From Hyaloraphidium curvatum SAG 235-1 (taxonomy: Eukaryota > Fungi > Monoblepharomycota), in assembly GCA_025558095.1 (NCBI GenBank), contig JAIVFI010000014.1:248001-312000 (forward strand): 64,000 nucleotides of DNA. The letters run 5' to 3'. This document shows, piece by piece, positions 48,333-60,719 of this stretch (positions are counted from its first letter, which is position 1; every line of letters starts with the position of its first letter). A model generated the notes under the pieces. The model did not search any database. It saw only the letters and a program-made list of their open reading frames with translations, and was not told the origin of the DNA. The translations under genes and the position numbers were made by a program.

Positions 48333-51300
48333 TCATTTGGGCGTTGTCTGCGCCAGCTTTCGCCGGCTGCTGGAGGGAACCGACATGAAGTTCATGACGG
48401 AGTGGAGCGGCGGCTTGGTGTGGTGTGTTTGGGGCTGCTGCGCGGCCGGCTGCAGGGCGGCGGGGAAGGGCACGCCCGAGGATTTCCGGTACGGTGATTC
48501 GCCGAAGTTGTAGAGCTTCTTGGTGATCGGGGTCATTGTGCCGTGGAGGCGGTGGGCTGGGGTGCGCAGCGGATGCCGCATGGGCGAACCGGCCATGCCG
48601 CCCTGTTTCCGACGGTGGTGCATCGGGGTTTTCCCCGTTCGTTTCTGCGGTTCCAAAGGGTGCGAGGGTCAGAGCCGGACCATTGACTTGCAGATCGAGC
48701 GGGACCCACGCTTCCAACTTCTTCGGCTATGAAACTCTTGGCTATGGGGAGATAAACCTCGTTGTAGAACGCCACGATGTCTCCGTTCCGGCCATGGGCC
48801 ACCGGGATATCGGCGAGCGCCTGCCGGACTCGTCAGAAAACCGCGCTGCTCAACACGCCGGGACCCACCTCCGGGATGTGGAAAGAGAGCTGTTGGTATA
48901 CCGTTCGGATCTCGTTGAAGGTTAGGTAGACGTCCGAGACGCGCGTCACGGCGAAGATGGTGCAGAGGAGGACGACGTCCACGTTGCGCTGGAAGAAGAG
49001 CTGGTACTGGTCCTCCTGGGCAAACAGGTGATCGAGCACGCCCCATATCTGCAGAAGCTGGTGAGGGAAGAACAAGCTGGCTTGCCGGAAGCCACGTACT
49101 CGGTCAACCATGACATCGGAAAGGTTCAGGGTGGATCCGAGCTCCTTCAGCTTCTGGAACGCAGCCAAGCCGATCTTGCGCATCATGATCTGTACGACGA
49201 CCAAGAACCTCAGCAAGCGGCCAACACGGAAACGGTCCCGCTTGCCTCAGTCATGTGGGTAATCAAGTCGTCGGGCTTGATGGCTGCTCCAGCGTCGATC
49301 TCCTTCATCACTTCGGAATAGTGGAGTGCGGTCCTGGAAGCTTCCTCCATGGAGATGTCTGCCGCACCCAGCTTGAGTAAGGCACCGCGATAGGACGATG
49401 TACCACCCACCTTGGCCCGTGCGGCATGCGACGAGGAAGTCGTGGAAGACCTGGTCCTTCCAGATCTCGACCTCGAGGATGCGGGCCTCGAGTTGCCGTA
49501 ACCGCTTGGTCAGCATCCACGGGAGCTGAACTGCCGTCAGCAATGAACAGGTTCATCCGGTTCAACTGGCTTACCCAGGTCTCCCGCTCGCAGACTAGGT
49601 CCAGGATCATGTAGAGCTCCAGGTAGCGAGGAGAAAAGAGGTGGAAGATGTCGGGGAAGGAAGGAGTCTTGATCTGGCGCAACACCCGTGATCAGTCCTC
49701 TCCACACCCAAGGTAGCGAGCACGCCGAACCTTGTAGGCAAAGCGGACGCATTCGAAGGCGCAGACCATGAGTGCACGGTGGAATTGGCCGTCCAGCAGG
49801 AGGTCCGGCATCGTCGTCTGGGCAAGGCGTCAGCGAGCGACCCGCGAGAAGGCGGCCGAACGACTCACCATCCTCTTCTTGCCGTCAAATGTCCTGAGGA
49901 AGTTGTGCATCAACCTGTGGAAGAGCCGGATGGAGGTGGAGCAGAAGCCTTCCATGTCGCTGTCATTGCGCAGGATGAGCTCGGTGACGGCGCGCTCGCG
50001 CTCCACGAGCTGTGCCACGATGGTTTGCGCGAGCTCGGGGTTGAGGCGGTCCAGGAACTTGGCGATCGATCTCGCGGGATCGAACGACTGTGGAAGCATG
50101 AACGTTAGCACGAGCGCCAAGAGCCGAGCGGCAGATGCCGACCTCTGCAGCAAGGAACTCCTCCAGACGCTGCTGAAGCCCGCTGAAGTCCCCATCCGCC
50201 GAAGGGCCAGGACTTCCAGGCGTTGATCGTACGCCGAGCGAGGTGGACATGAGGTTGGACTGCCGAAGAGTAAGCCTACGTCGGATGAGGCGTAGCTCGG
50301 CCAGACCCACGTTGCCCGAGCGGACTTTCAAGAGCACCTGGCCAAGCCCCTTGACTCCGGGAGACGACCGAACTGAGTTCATGGCGGAACGGTTCTGGCT
50401 TCGGACGTATCTTCGAGGAGTCGCTGGCGATCGGGGGGACGTCAGCAACGAACACAAAGCTTCCAAGCCGAACCTACCGTTGGGCTTCTGGTTCTGCAGG
50501 AACACCCTGCCGTCCACCTCGTCGCTCTTGCCGTGCAGCCCCGCGGCGTAGCGATTCCGCAGATGCTCCAGGTTCACGTGGAAGTAGCTGTGCCTGTCCG
50601 GCTCCATCGCCCCGTCGTACAGCGGCCACGGGAACGACTCGTGGAGCACGACGACGGAGCGGTACTTGAACTGCGGCGTCTCGATGAAGTGCGGCATCAG
50701 GAAGGCCTGGATGAACTGGGGTTCCACGGCTTCGTAGCGCGGCGCGTTGAGCTGGTAGCGCAGGCACAGCGCGTTCCTCGTCAGCTGCGAGTGGCGGATC
50801 CAGTCGTCGGAGGGAGAGGTGCCATCGGGGAGGTCTCCGGGAGCGAGCTTCTTGCCGCACGCCCGCATGAAGACTGGCGACCAGAGGGGTGTATCAGACT
50901 CTGTTTCCAACGCTGCGTCCGCAGTCCCACCATCACCGATAGACCTCCGGCTCGTGCTTGCCGTTTGCGTGATTGCAAACGTCAGGCAGTACAGAGCCAG
51001 CATCCGCAAAAGCTCCTTGTCCGTCGATTCGGCCATGAGGTGGTCTGTGCCGCACGGTTGAGCTCCCAGCCGCGCGGCTGCGGCGTCCTTGCAACCCACC
51101 CTTGCCGTTCAGAGTCAGCAACCACACAAACACAAACAGGTCCTGCCCGTATGTGTCGGGCCCCTGCCCCCCGTGGTCCTCGGCCACCAAGGTCGGCACC
51201 CTCAGCAGCGGCTTGGCGGCGCCCGCGCCGTGCACCGAGAGGATCTCGAACGCGTCCAGGCACACGTCGAACGCGTCGCGGAGCAGAGAATAGGATTCGA

Positions 51301-51989
51301 AGATGCGGCCCGCGAAGGCCTCGATCTCTGCGCGGGCGGCGGCTGGGATGCCGCCGTGCTGGCAGGCGAGGGGGATCACTTCCGCAAAGGTTTTGAGGGT
51401 GGAGGAGACGAGTTCATGTGGTCTGGTGCGGTGCATTTGAGGAACTGGCGGGATCCGGGAGCAGGCAGAGCCACGAACCTGGCCGAGCCGTTCAGGGCGC
51501 ACATGGTGGCCAGGATCTCAAAGAGCGGATACCGCAACGTCCCGCCGGGCGACTCGAGGTGGATCGCCTTTGCGGCCAGCCAGATCATGCTCAGGCACAC
51601 CGCTGCCGGGCGCTTCTCCTGGCCGGGCGTGAGCGGCAGTAGCGGGCGGCGGTCCGGGGTCCCACCTTGACCTCCGGCACCGCGAAGTCGCCCGTGGCGC
51701 GCGCGGTGCGCAGCAGCATGTCCCACGCGCGCTTCTCGACGTCGTCGTCGAGCGGCATGAAGACCTGCACCGACTGCCACTGCATGAGGTACGCGGCGTC
51801 GGGCGCGGGGGCCGCGGGCGGCGCGGGCACGGCGAACGCGGGCTGCGGCGCGCCGGCAAAGAACTCGGCGGCCGAGACGACGGCGTCGCCCGGCGCGCCC
51901 TGGAAGCGCCGCTTCTTGAGCGGCGTGCCCGCGTCGTCCGCCGGCCGGTCGTCGGCCGCCGCCGCGTTCTTCCGCTTCGCCGACGCCAT
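48333..51989 (-). CDS. Retinoblastoma-family pocket protein
   Basis: Pocket A-like (SAMNSV; LPWMLTKRLRQLEARILEVEIW), pocket B-like (LFFQRNVDVVLLCTIFAVTRV..TFNEIRTVY; GDIVAFYNEVYLP), C-terminal MTPITKKLYNFGESP. Exon boundaries only partly resolved. Confidence 0.85.
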
Positions 51990-52307
51990 GGCGCCCGCAG
52001 TCCGCGCTAGGAAGCCGGATCCCGCCGCCGCGCGGCTGCAGCGCGGGTGCCGGGCTCGGGGTGCTCCCAGTCTTCGACGGGGGTTGATCCACAACAGCCG
52101 TGGCTCGCACGCACCACCCGCGACCAAACGCCTCGCACCCCCAGAGTCTTCGAAAAATCCAAGGGCGGACGAACACAGCGGTCGGTAGAAGAACGGCATT
52201 TATTGATCCCAGTCGTGTTGATGTCATAGCGGCGGCGGCACGCTTGCACGCCCCCCGCCGAGCGCACGAGAGACAGGGCGCCCCTCCGTCCAAAGCCCGC
52301 GGTCCGC

Positions 52308-53048
52308 TTACTTGCCCCTCGTGATGGGCTCCGCGCTGTGGACGTGAATGGGCGAGGCGCAGGCGCGGGACGTTTGCACATCCGCGAGGGCAAGGTGCGG
52401 TTGCGGCAGGAGAAGAAGGCACTGCGATCAGCCCTCCGACCGCGGCCCGGCGATGCGAGCGGACCCACTTGTCCTCCTCGATGATGCGCTGCAGCTCGGC
52501 GACACCCTCGGGCGACATGGTCTCGGGCAGGGTGCCTGCGGAGGGTCGGGTGAGTCAAGTGCCCCCGCGCCCTGGGCCGGCCGGATGGCGGCTCCCCCTG
52601 ACGAGGGGTGCCCCGGGCGGCCGTGACGCGGCTGTACCCACGGTGCGTGAACCAGTAGTACCAGATGCCGCCGGACACGGCCATGATGAAGGCGACGGTC
52701 GAGTACACGCGCTGGTTCAGGCTGGGGTCCTCGGGCGCGCGCGACGAGTGCGGGCCGTAAGCGATGAAGTAGGCTGCCGATAAAATAACGGTCAGAGGGG
52801 TGGATGCCTGGAGGGAGGGTGCGCCCACCGGCCCGCTTCTCCTCCTGCGTCATCTTCCGCCAGTCGCCCTTCTGCTTCTCGAGCAGCTTCTCGGCGACGG
52901 CGGCCTGCTCGCACTCGGGCAGCCGGCCCCAGCGCGCCTCGAGCCCGACGAGCGCGGCGTCGGACACGGTCGAGGCGGCGCGGGCGGCGGGGCGCGGCGC
53001 CACACGGGCGGCGGCGACGAGCGCGCGGCGGGCGGGCGCGGCGAACAT
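52308..53048 (-). CDS. COX5: Cytochrome c oxidase subunit IV family (fungal Cox5)
   Basis: Presequence, LEARW..EQ..KQKGDWRKMTQEEKRAAYFIAYGPH, one TM segment, EPIT C-terminus. Confidence 0.88.
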
Positions 53049-53174
53049 CGGGCGGATGGCGCGCGGAGGGGAAGGCGCGGGGCGGCGGCGCTGGCGACAA
53101 AGGCGGCGGGTGGCTGCCTGGTGCGTCAGGTCCGGAGGGCGGGGGTTGGCAGGCCAGCCTGGGTTTCCCCTCCC

Positions 53175-53390
53175 AGTAGAACGAAGAGATCCTAGAAGAG
53201 TATATTTCGAGTTCGCACTCCAACCGGTATAAAGAATAGCATAGACTCCCAAAGAACTAATAGCCAAAATAAGGAGAACACTTAAATCCATGTCCATTAG
53301 AACAACCCCTTTAGCAAGAGGAATAACACGCCAATTTAAAAGGGCAAGATAAAAACTGAGGAAGGGGGCCAGAACGAAGAGCCAGTGATG
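53175..53390 (-). pseudogene. nad1: NUMT: internal fragment of mitochondrial nad1
   Basis: AT-rich island translating as HWLFVLAPFLSFYLALLNWRVIPLAKGVVLMDMDLSVLLILAISSLGVYAILYTGWSANSKYTLLGSLRST; no start or stop; abrupt GC shift at the left edge. Confidence 0.9.
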
Positions 53391-53748
53391 AACAGTACAT
53401 CATCAGCAACCAAGTTCCAAGTTCGAGCCGAGCCACGCTGGCGAGCAAGCACACCCAAGACCGTCCGCCGTCCAACTAGTACAGAGACACCTGAAACAAA
53501 AAGGGTGAGCTGGGATGCACAAGAAGCCGCCCTCCGAGACGTACCTGGAGCAGTTGCTCGCGCTCCTCCGCCGACAGCTGGCGCATCAGGTTGCTGATCC
53601 CCTCCAGCAATGCCGCCCTGTCCTTCTTCATGAGCTCCTTCATCTCCGCCTTGATCGCCTCCTTCTTCAGCACCTTGGTTTTGAAAGGAAAAGGTGTCAA
53701 ACTTCCATTCCATGTACACAGCTATACCGCACCAAGCACATCCGCATT

Positions 53749-56101
53749 CTACATAGCAGCGTAGAACAGCAGGTACGGGTCGTACCCCGGCCGCGCAGCG
53801 GCCACCACCTCGTCCTCCGTCGTCCGCTCGATCGCCTGGTCGTCGATGTGCAGCCACTCGCCCGACGAGCGAAGCACGCTGCACGTATAGTGTCCGCCGC
53901 CGGCGGCCTGGCCGAGGTGGTACACCACGGCAAAGAGGCGGTACTTGGGTGGGGGCGGGTTGCGGGCTGCCGGCGACAAGATCGCTGGAAAGAAGAAAGC
54001 GACACAAATGTCAGCGAATCCACCAAGCTTCAGCTCCACATAGACTTGTAAACGTACCGGGATCGATCTCGAGGGTGCTGCCGAACCCGACCCGCTTGTG
54101 CAGCTTGCGCACCCCGTGCCCGCTCGCAAACACGAAGCGCTTCAGGTGCAGGATCAGCACCGGCGGCAGCCGGTCCACGAAGCTCTGCTTCGTCGCGTTG
54201 ACCTTGCCCTTGGTCGAGGACTCGAAGCCGGGGATGGTTTCGGGGGCGGAGAAGTTGGAGAGGGCGTCCTCGATGGTGCGAATCGAGTCGGACTGCGAAA
54301 AAGAGGGAATGTCAGAGTGCCTGGCGTGGGAAGTCAGAGGGCCCGACACGCACGGAAATGTCGAGGGGCAGGGTCTGGAAGGGCTCGACGGTGATCGAGT
54401 CCTTCTGTCCCGGCGCGCGGATGACCGACCGCCACTTGCCCCCGAATATGCGGGAGACGGGCGACTCGCCAAGCGAAAGCTGTGACATGTTATCAGATCC
54501 GAGGCGAGGGCAAATTGGGATGGCCGCCACTGACCGATCTGGTGTTTGCCGTCCGGTTGCGGGGCCCGACTTCCTGCCACTGCTCGAGCTCGCCCGCCGC
54601 CTCTTCGGGAAAGAGCTCCTGGGCGGGCCGCTCGCTGGCGTTCATCGCTGAAGTGGAATTAAGAGCGTAGGAACGTCAATTCACTTGCGCGATCGAGCCC
54701 GCAATGCCGACCGAAGGCCCACCTGCGACGAACTCGTCATGCAATCCGTGCAGGAGATAGCCAAACCACTCTTCCGCATCCTCCTGCCTCCCCTTCTTGG
54801 TATCCATCTTCTGAGTGCGGTGCAGCGCGTCGTACACGTACTCGGGCGCAAAGGCCTCGCCAAAGACCTCCAGGCCCGAGTCAGGTGACGTGGCCGGCCC
54901 GCGGAACTCGCGGGAGAACGTGAGCACGGCATCGGAAAGGGTGCGCGGCGGGGGGGCAGGGGCGGCGGCTATGCGGCGGAAGAGGCGGAGGAAAGGGGGG
55001 CAGTAGACGAGGGGCTGAAGGACCGAGTTCATATAACACCTGTCGGGAACGGTCAGCAAAAGGGCGTAAGGAGAGCAGTCAACCGCACATGTTGCCGTTG
55101 TTGATCAGCCCGCGGGGCTGTATCGGCTCCGGCTTGAGGTTGGCCGAGGGCTGGAAGTCCCTGAGGACGGCGGCGAGCGCCTCCCGCGGGCCCTGCTGCG
55201 TGCCGGCGGGCACCGAACGGCCAGGCTGGCGAACCGGGGCGCCATTTGCGGGGCGAACCAGGTCCGCCCACGATTTGGCCTTCGGCGGGGGCGGTTGCTT
55301 TTGCGGCGGGGCGGGTTCGGGGGCCGCCTCCTCGGGCTCCTTTGGCTCCTTTGGCGGCGGTGAGACGGCGGTCGGTTGCGGTTGCGGTTCCGGGGAGCGT
55401 GCGGCTGCGGCGGCTGAGGACGCCGCGCTCTGTGGTCTGGGTGCAGTGGGTTCCGGTGTGGGTCCCGAGGGCGATGCAGCGGAGGTGGCCGAGGAGGAGG
55501 ATATCGGGGGGGTGGGCGAGGCGGCAGGCACGGCGGCCGGCACCTCTGGCGAGGCTGGAGACGGTGTGACTGCAGGCGCAGACGTGGGTGACGTGGGCGA
55601 GTTGGCGGAGGAGACGGGAGCCGGAGGCGGTCGGGCAGCGGGTGCCGCGGGAGGTCCAGTCGGCGAGGCGACCGAGTTCGCAGCCCGCTTGCTTGCGGGG
55701 ATCGGCACCTGCGCCCTCGGCGGGCCCAGCGGCATGCGCGGCACGCCGGGCGACAGCGGCGACGGCGCCTTCTGCGCGGGCGGCCGCGCGGGCGGCACGA
55801 GCGGCGGCGGGACGGGCTTCGGGGCTGTCCGGGCGGGCTGCGCGGGCTGCGCGGGCGGCTCCCCGCCGTGGCCGTCCGCCGCGCCGCCGACGGCGACCGA
55901 CCCGAAGAGCAGCCGCGGCGCGTCGCGCGCCGACGAGGGGTTCCGCGGCCGCGGCGGGCCGTGCGCGAACTGCAAGTGCGGCGCACCCTCCGCCGTCCAC
56001 AGCGGCCCCGCATGCGTGAAGCCCGACGCGGCCATCAGTGCCTCGGCGTCCTCGACTGGCACCGCGCCGAACACCGGCCGGTCGGGCGGCGGTTCCGACA
56101 T
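53749..56101 (-). CDS. UBP3: Ubiquitin-specific protease Ubp3/USP10
   Basis: KSWADL, QPRGLINNGNMCYMNSVLQ, GRQEDAEE, LILHLKRF, VYHLGQAAGGGHYT, YLLFY. Confidence 0.92.
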
Positions 56102-56389
56102 CGCGCGGCAGGTGAAGATTGTTGACGAGGTGATCCCTTCGTCCCTCGCCGATGCGCAGGGCGTCGAAGGCGCCGCTGAGCACGCAAAATGAGAGGACTC
56201 GACCAGTCCGATTCCGTTCCAATCTCTGCATTGCATTCTTCCTGTCGCGCTGCAGATCCGTGCACAGATCCTCATGTCAACGGCACGCGGACTGCAGATC
56301 GGACAGGAACGTGCACCGATGCCGGAACCGCTTCTATTATCCCTCTTCCCTCCCGCTCCCTTCCGCGATCCGGCGGCACCCTCGCGCCT

Positions 56390-57282
56390 TCAGGTGCGGT
56401 TCGGGCAGTCGGCGCTCACGTGGCCGGTCCCCTGTTTATGATTCACAAAGTAAGTTCGCAGACGAAGGATATCGTCACGGGACTGTCCAGACCTGGCAAG
56501 AGTAGCAAAGCTTGCCCTTCGTGCACTCCCTTGAGAAGTGGCCCATTTCGCCGCAGTTGTAACATTTCGGGCCAGCACCGCCGCCGCCGCCACCGCCGCC
56601 GCCGTAGCCGCCGCGCTGGTAACCCCCGCCGTTGGCCGCCTGAGGGCAGTCTGGAAGCAACAAGAGTCAAAACTTGCGCGGCAGGAAGTAAAGGAAAGCA
56701 CCAACCACGCGCAAGGTGCCCTTGCTCGCCTGTACACCGAGTGCAAGGACACGTCAGCGACGACTTCTCGATTGGACCGCCCAAGGAACTTGCCGCAACG
56801 GTAGCATGCCCCGCCCCCGCCCCCGTAGCCGCCACCTCCGTAGCGCGGCCCGGACGGCCCCGAGGACCTGTCCGCGTTGGGGCAGTCCCGCGAGAGGTGG
56901 TCGGTCCCGTTGCAGCCTGCGGGGCGGAATCCGGGTCAGAACGCGGCATCGCGAATTTTCGGGCGCCCGGAGAGCACGTACGGTAGCAGGCGCGCGTCTC
57001 GGTGCAGTCGCGCGACATGTGGCCCTCCTTGCCGCAGCTGCGGTGGCGGCGTCAGCGGGGGCGCGAGGAGGAACCGGGGCCCGGGCCCGGCCGGCGCGAC
57101 ACGCACTTGTAGCAGCTCTTCTCCGTCTGGGAGCAGTCCTTTGCCAGGTGGCCGACTTGGCCTGTGTGGGGGCAGGGTGAGCAAGCACCGTCAGCGAAGG
57201 TGGCGCGGGATACGAAACCGCAGCGGTAACATGAAGGTCCACCATCGTGGCGCGGCTCGCTCGCGGGACCGCGGTACGACAT
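56390..57282 (-). CDS. GIS2: CNBP/Gis2/Byr3-like CCHC zinc-knuckle protein
   Basis: Several CYxCG..GH..xxC knuckles across short exons with a Gly-rich linker. Confidence 0.85.
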
Positions 57283-57426
57283 CGCTTCCACCCGGACGAC
57301 GACGGAGGACGAGATGCCGGTGGCGTTGGATGTGTGTGTGAATTTCTGTACTTGAGTTGCCCGCTGATCGGAAAACCCCTAGCCTTCGTTCAGAGTGGAC
57401 GGGCGGGGCCACGGGCGGCCGCAGCC

Positions 57427-59786
57427 ATGAGCGGGCCACCGCAGGCGCGAAACGGAGGGGGACTCCGGGCGGCAGCGGTCGACGCGGCCCTCTCGCCGCC
57501 CACTGCGGGGTACACGCTTCCCGGCGTCCTCCACTTCCTGCAGTCGCAATGGAGGCGCGCCGAGCGCGACCGCGCGCTGGGCGACATCGAACGCGCCGAT
57601 TTGAAGGCGCGCATCGCGCAGCTCGAGGCCGAGTGCGCCGCCCACGTCGCCTACAACGCGGACCTCGCGAGGCGCGTCAAAATGCTCGAGGCGGCCCTGC
57701 GCGCCGAGCGGCAGCGGGCATTGGAGGCGCTGAAAGAACAGGCAGCACCGCAGCCGGCGGACGGGGCAAACGGCGCGCCTGGCGGGGCTGCCGGCGGGGC
57801 CGCGGAGGCATCCGACCGCGCGAAGAAGGAGGCGGCCCAAACGCTGCAGCGACCTGCGTCGGCGCAGCAGGTCACCGTGCTGAAATACTCGCGTGGCAAC
57901 GGCTCCGGGCGCGCGAAAGAGATCCTCAGGGGATACCTGCACGAGGCCGCCATCCTCTCCGGGTCGGACCCGGACGCGCTGCTCGCAGAGTACCAGCGCC
58001 TGTCGGCGATCAAGCAGGCTTACTCGCGGCAGAACCCGCCGTCGGCGACGTACCGCATGCCGCGCGACCAGCTGCCGCCCTCGGCCGAGGTGCATGTCGG
58101 CGGTGCGCAGATACCCCCGGGTGTGCAGGCCGCGCCGCCGCAGACCGCGCCTTTGCCGCAGCAGCAGGGTCTCCCTGCGCAGCCAACGCCGCAAATCCAA
58201 ATCCTGCGGAATCCTCAGACGGCACAGAACGCATCTTTGGCGGCCGTGAACGCATCGGCTGCGGCCCCGGACGCCTCGTCCTCTAAACCGCTGGCCCAGG
58301 AACCGGCCTCCCCGGGCTCCTCCTCCACCGAATCCCCGGACGACGTTGTCGAAGACGACGATGACGAAACCCTCCCCGACGCGCGCGGCGACGGAGACCC
58401 GGGCCCCGCGCAGCCGCGCCTGCAACGCACCCCGACGGACCCCGTCTTCCGTTCCGGCCCGTCGCCCGTCGGTCCGCCCGAGCCGGAGCAGGCGGCAGTG
58501 ATGCGCAAGTTCGTCGAGTACGAGGCCGGGAAGCGGCGCACGACCCTCAGTAGGATCCGCGAGATCCGGAGGATGGAGGCCGGCAAGGAACCGCACGGGC
58601 CGGCCGAGCCCGTGCAGGCGGACGTTTCGTCGCCCGTGTCGCCGGAGCAGGCGCCGCCGGGGTGCGCAAAGGCGAGGCTGCGGCTGGCCCTGAGGAGCCA
58701 CATGGGCGGGGTAAGGGCGCTGGCGTGGCATCCGGGCGAGAACGCGCTCTTCAGCGCGGGGGAGGACTGCGTCGTGAAGCTGTGGAACATCGCGCACCCG
58801 GCTGCGGGCAAAAGGTGGGCTGCAAAATTGTCGAGTGGCAATGTCGCCGGACTTGACGCACTCCTGTTCCATTCTTCAAGGATGCCTCTCGACATCGAGC
58901 CCGCATACACCTTCCGAGCGCACACCGCACCTGCGACCGCCGTGGCCCCATGCATCGATGCTGAGGGCGCCATGGGCGTCTACACCGCCTCGGCCGACTC
59001 GTCCGTCCTCCTGTGGGCCGCACCGGAACCCAAGCGCGATCCGTATGCCCCGCACGGCGCCTCCCCGCTTCCGCGCACGCAGCTGGTCGGCCACACCGAC
59101 GCGGTCTGGGACGCCGCGGCGCACCCCTTCTACGGGACCAGCGCGCTCCTCGCGACGTGCTCCGCCGACGGCACGTGCCGCATCTGGGACGGCACCAAGC
59201 TCGCGCACGTGCTCCAAGGCGGCGTGAGCGCGGACTGGGTGCGGTCCTCCCCCGCGCGGGTGGCGGTGGGGTTCGACGACGGGACGGTGCGGGTGTACGA
59301 CGCCTTCCAGGGGAAGGAGGTGGCGTCCATGGGAGGCGCCGGTGACGGGGGCTCGGGGGCGCAGATCAACTCGGTGCGGTCGCACCCGACGCTGCCGCTG
59401 CTCTTTGCCGCGTGTGACGACGGGCCGGTGCGCATATTCGACCTCGGGACGGGCAAGTGCCTGCACGCGCTCGAGGCGCACGCGGGCGGGACGACTTGCC
59501 TGGACGTGGACCCGGACGGGACGGCGTTTGCAACCGGAGGTTTGTGGTGCTCCATTGGTTTTCGGGGTCACGCAACTGACATGTCTGTCCTCCGTTCTGT
59601 ACAGGCTACGACGCGGACATGCTCCTCTGGGACCTCGCCGCCCTCCGCCCCACCGAGCGCGTCGCCACGGGCTCCGCGCACCGCGACGAGGGTCTCTGGT
59701 CCGTTGCCTACGGCCCGGCGCACGGGCGGGTGCGCAGCCTGGCCGCGGGCGGGGCGGACGGCGTGGTGCGCGTCTACGAGGTCTGA
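57427..59786 (+). CDS. Striatin (Far8/Pro11-like STRIPAK scaffold)
   Basis: YTLPGVLHFLQSQWRRAERDR..KARIAQLE..DLARRVKMLEAALRAER, followed by C-terminal WD40 repeats. Confidence 0.92.
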
Positions 59787-59952
59787 ATCACGGCTGGAGG
59801 CTGCAAGGGGCTGGACCGGCGTGAGGCGGGGCGGTGTAATGTATCGAGGGGTATACCAACCGGTTTGTGGATCGAGCTTTAGACGGCACGGGAGTGTAAT
59901 CGAGGCCCGCGGGGCAGAAACGAAAGATACTGGAGGTGTTGGCCGATATCAT

Positions 59953-60437
59953 TCACCACTTGGTATCCGGATGCGCCTTGTATGCCTCGTAGGCTTCACG
60001 GCCAAAGAAGGAGAGCTCGGTCTCGTCCTCTGCGGCCGGCGCGTCGGCTCTCCGCCACCAGCGGATCCCGAACGGGGCAGCTCACCGATCCCGCACTCGC
60101 GCAGCGTCATCCCGTCCTCCATGAACACGTCCACCGCGTCGACGTTGATCACCAGGTTGGATGTCTTTTGGCCGTGCGCGTGGAAGTAGAGTTTCATGGT
60201 GTCCAGCACCGCGTTGGCGTAGGGCTTGAACCCCGGTGCGGTCTTTGTGCGCTCTTTACAAAACGTTTTGAGCTCGGCGACGGTGGTGTCGAGGGTAAAG
60301 TCCGGGCGCGGGCCGTCGGTTGGGGCGCGCTCGGCGCCGTGCAGGACGAGGTTGCGGAAGTTGCGGTACTCGAACGACTTGATGATGCGGACCGTGATGG
60401 TGAGCGGGCGAGGCGCCGCGGCGTCGGATTCGGCCAT
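59953..60437 (-). CDS. UPF0538/C2orf76 (DUF2340, Aim29-like) ubiquitin-like protein
   Basis: ITVRIIKSFEYRN, LDTMKLYFHAHGQKTSNLVIN, ENETELSFF..YKAHPDTKW. Confidence 0.88.
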
Positions 60438-60719
60438 CTTTGGACGGCCGACGCGGCTACGAAAAGAGAGAGACGCGTTTTGCCTTTGCCACACGCGTGC
60501 GGTTTGTCGTTTTGATTGGACAGCGTGAGGTCCGCTCCACCGGTAGACCGGACACAACAGCTCTCCACGCCCGCATTCCGAGCCAGTAGGGCGCGCGCCC
60601 GGAGAAGGCCTTAGCGGGAGGCAGCGGCCGAGAGGGCGCGCCCGGAGCAGCTCGCCGCGCCGCGCACGCGGCCGGCTTCAGTCCCGCGCGGCCCCGCCCC
60701 CCCGCTCCCCCGCGGCACA

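Noticed and set aside
52428-53297. ORF fusing nad1 sequence in frame to Cox5
   Set aside because: The in-frame join through GC-rich promoter sequence is probably chance; Cox5 has its own ATG and presequence at 53048.
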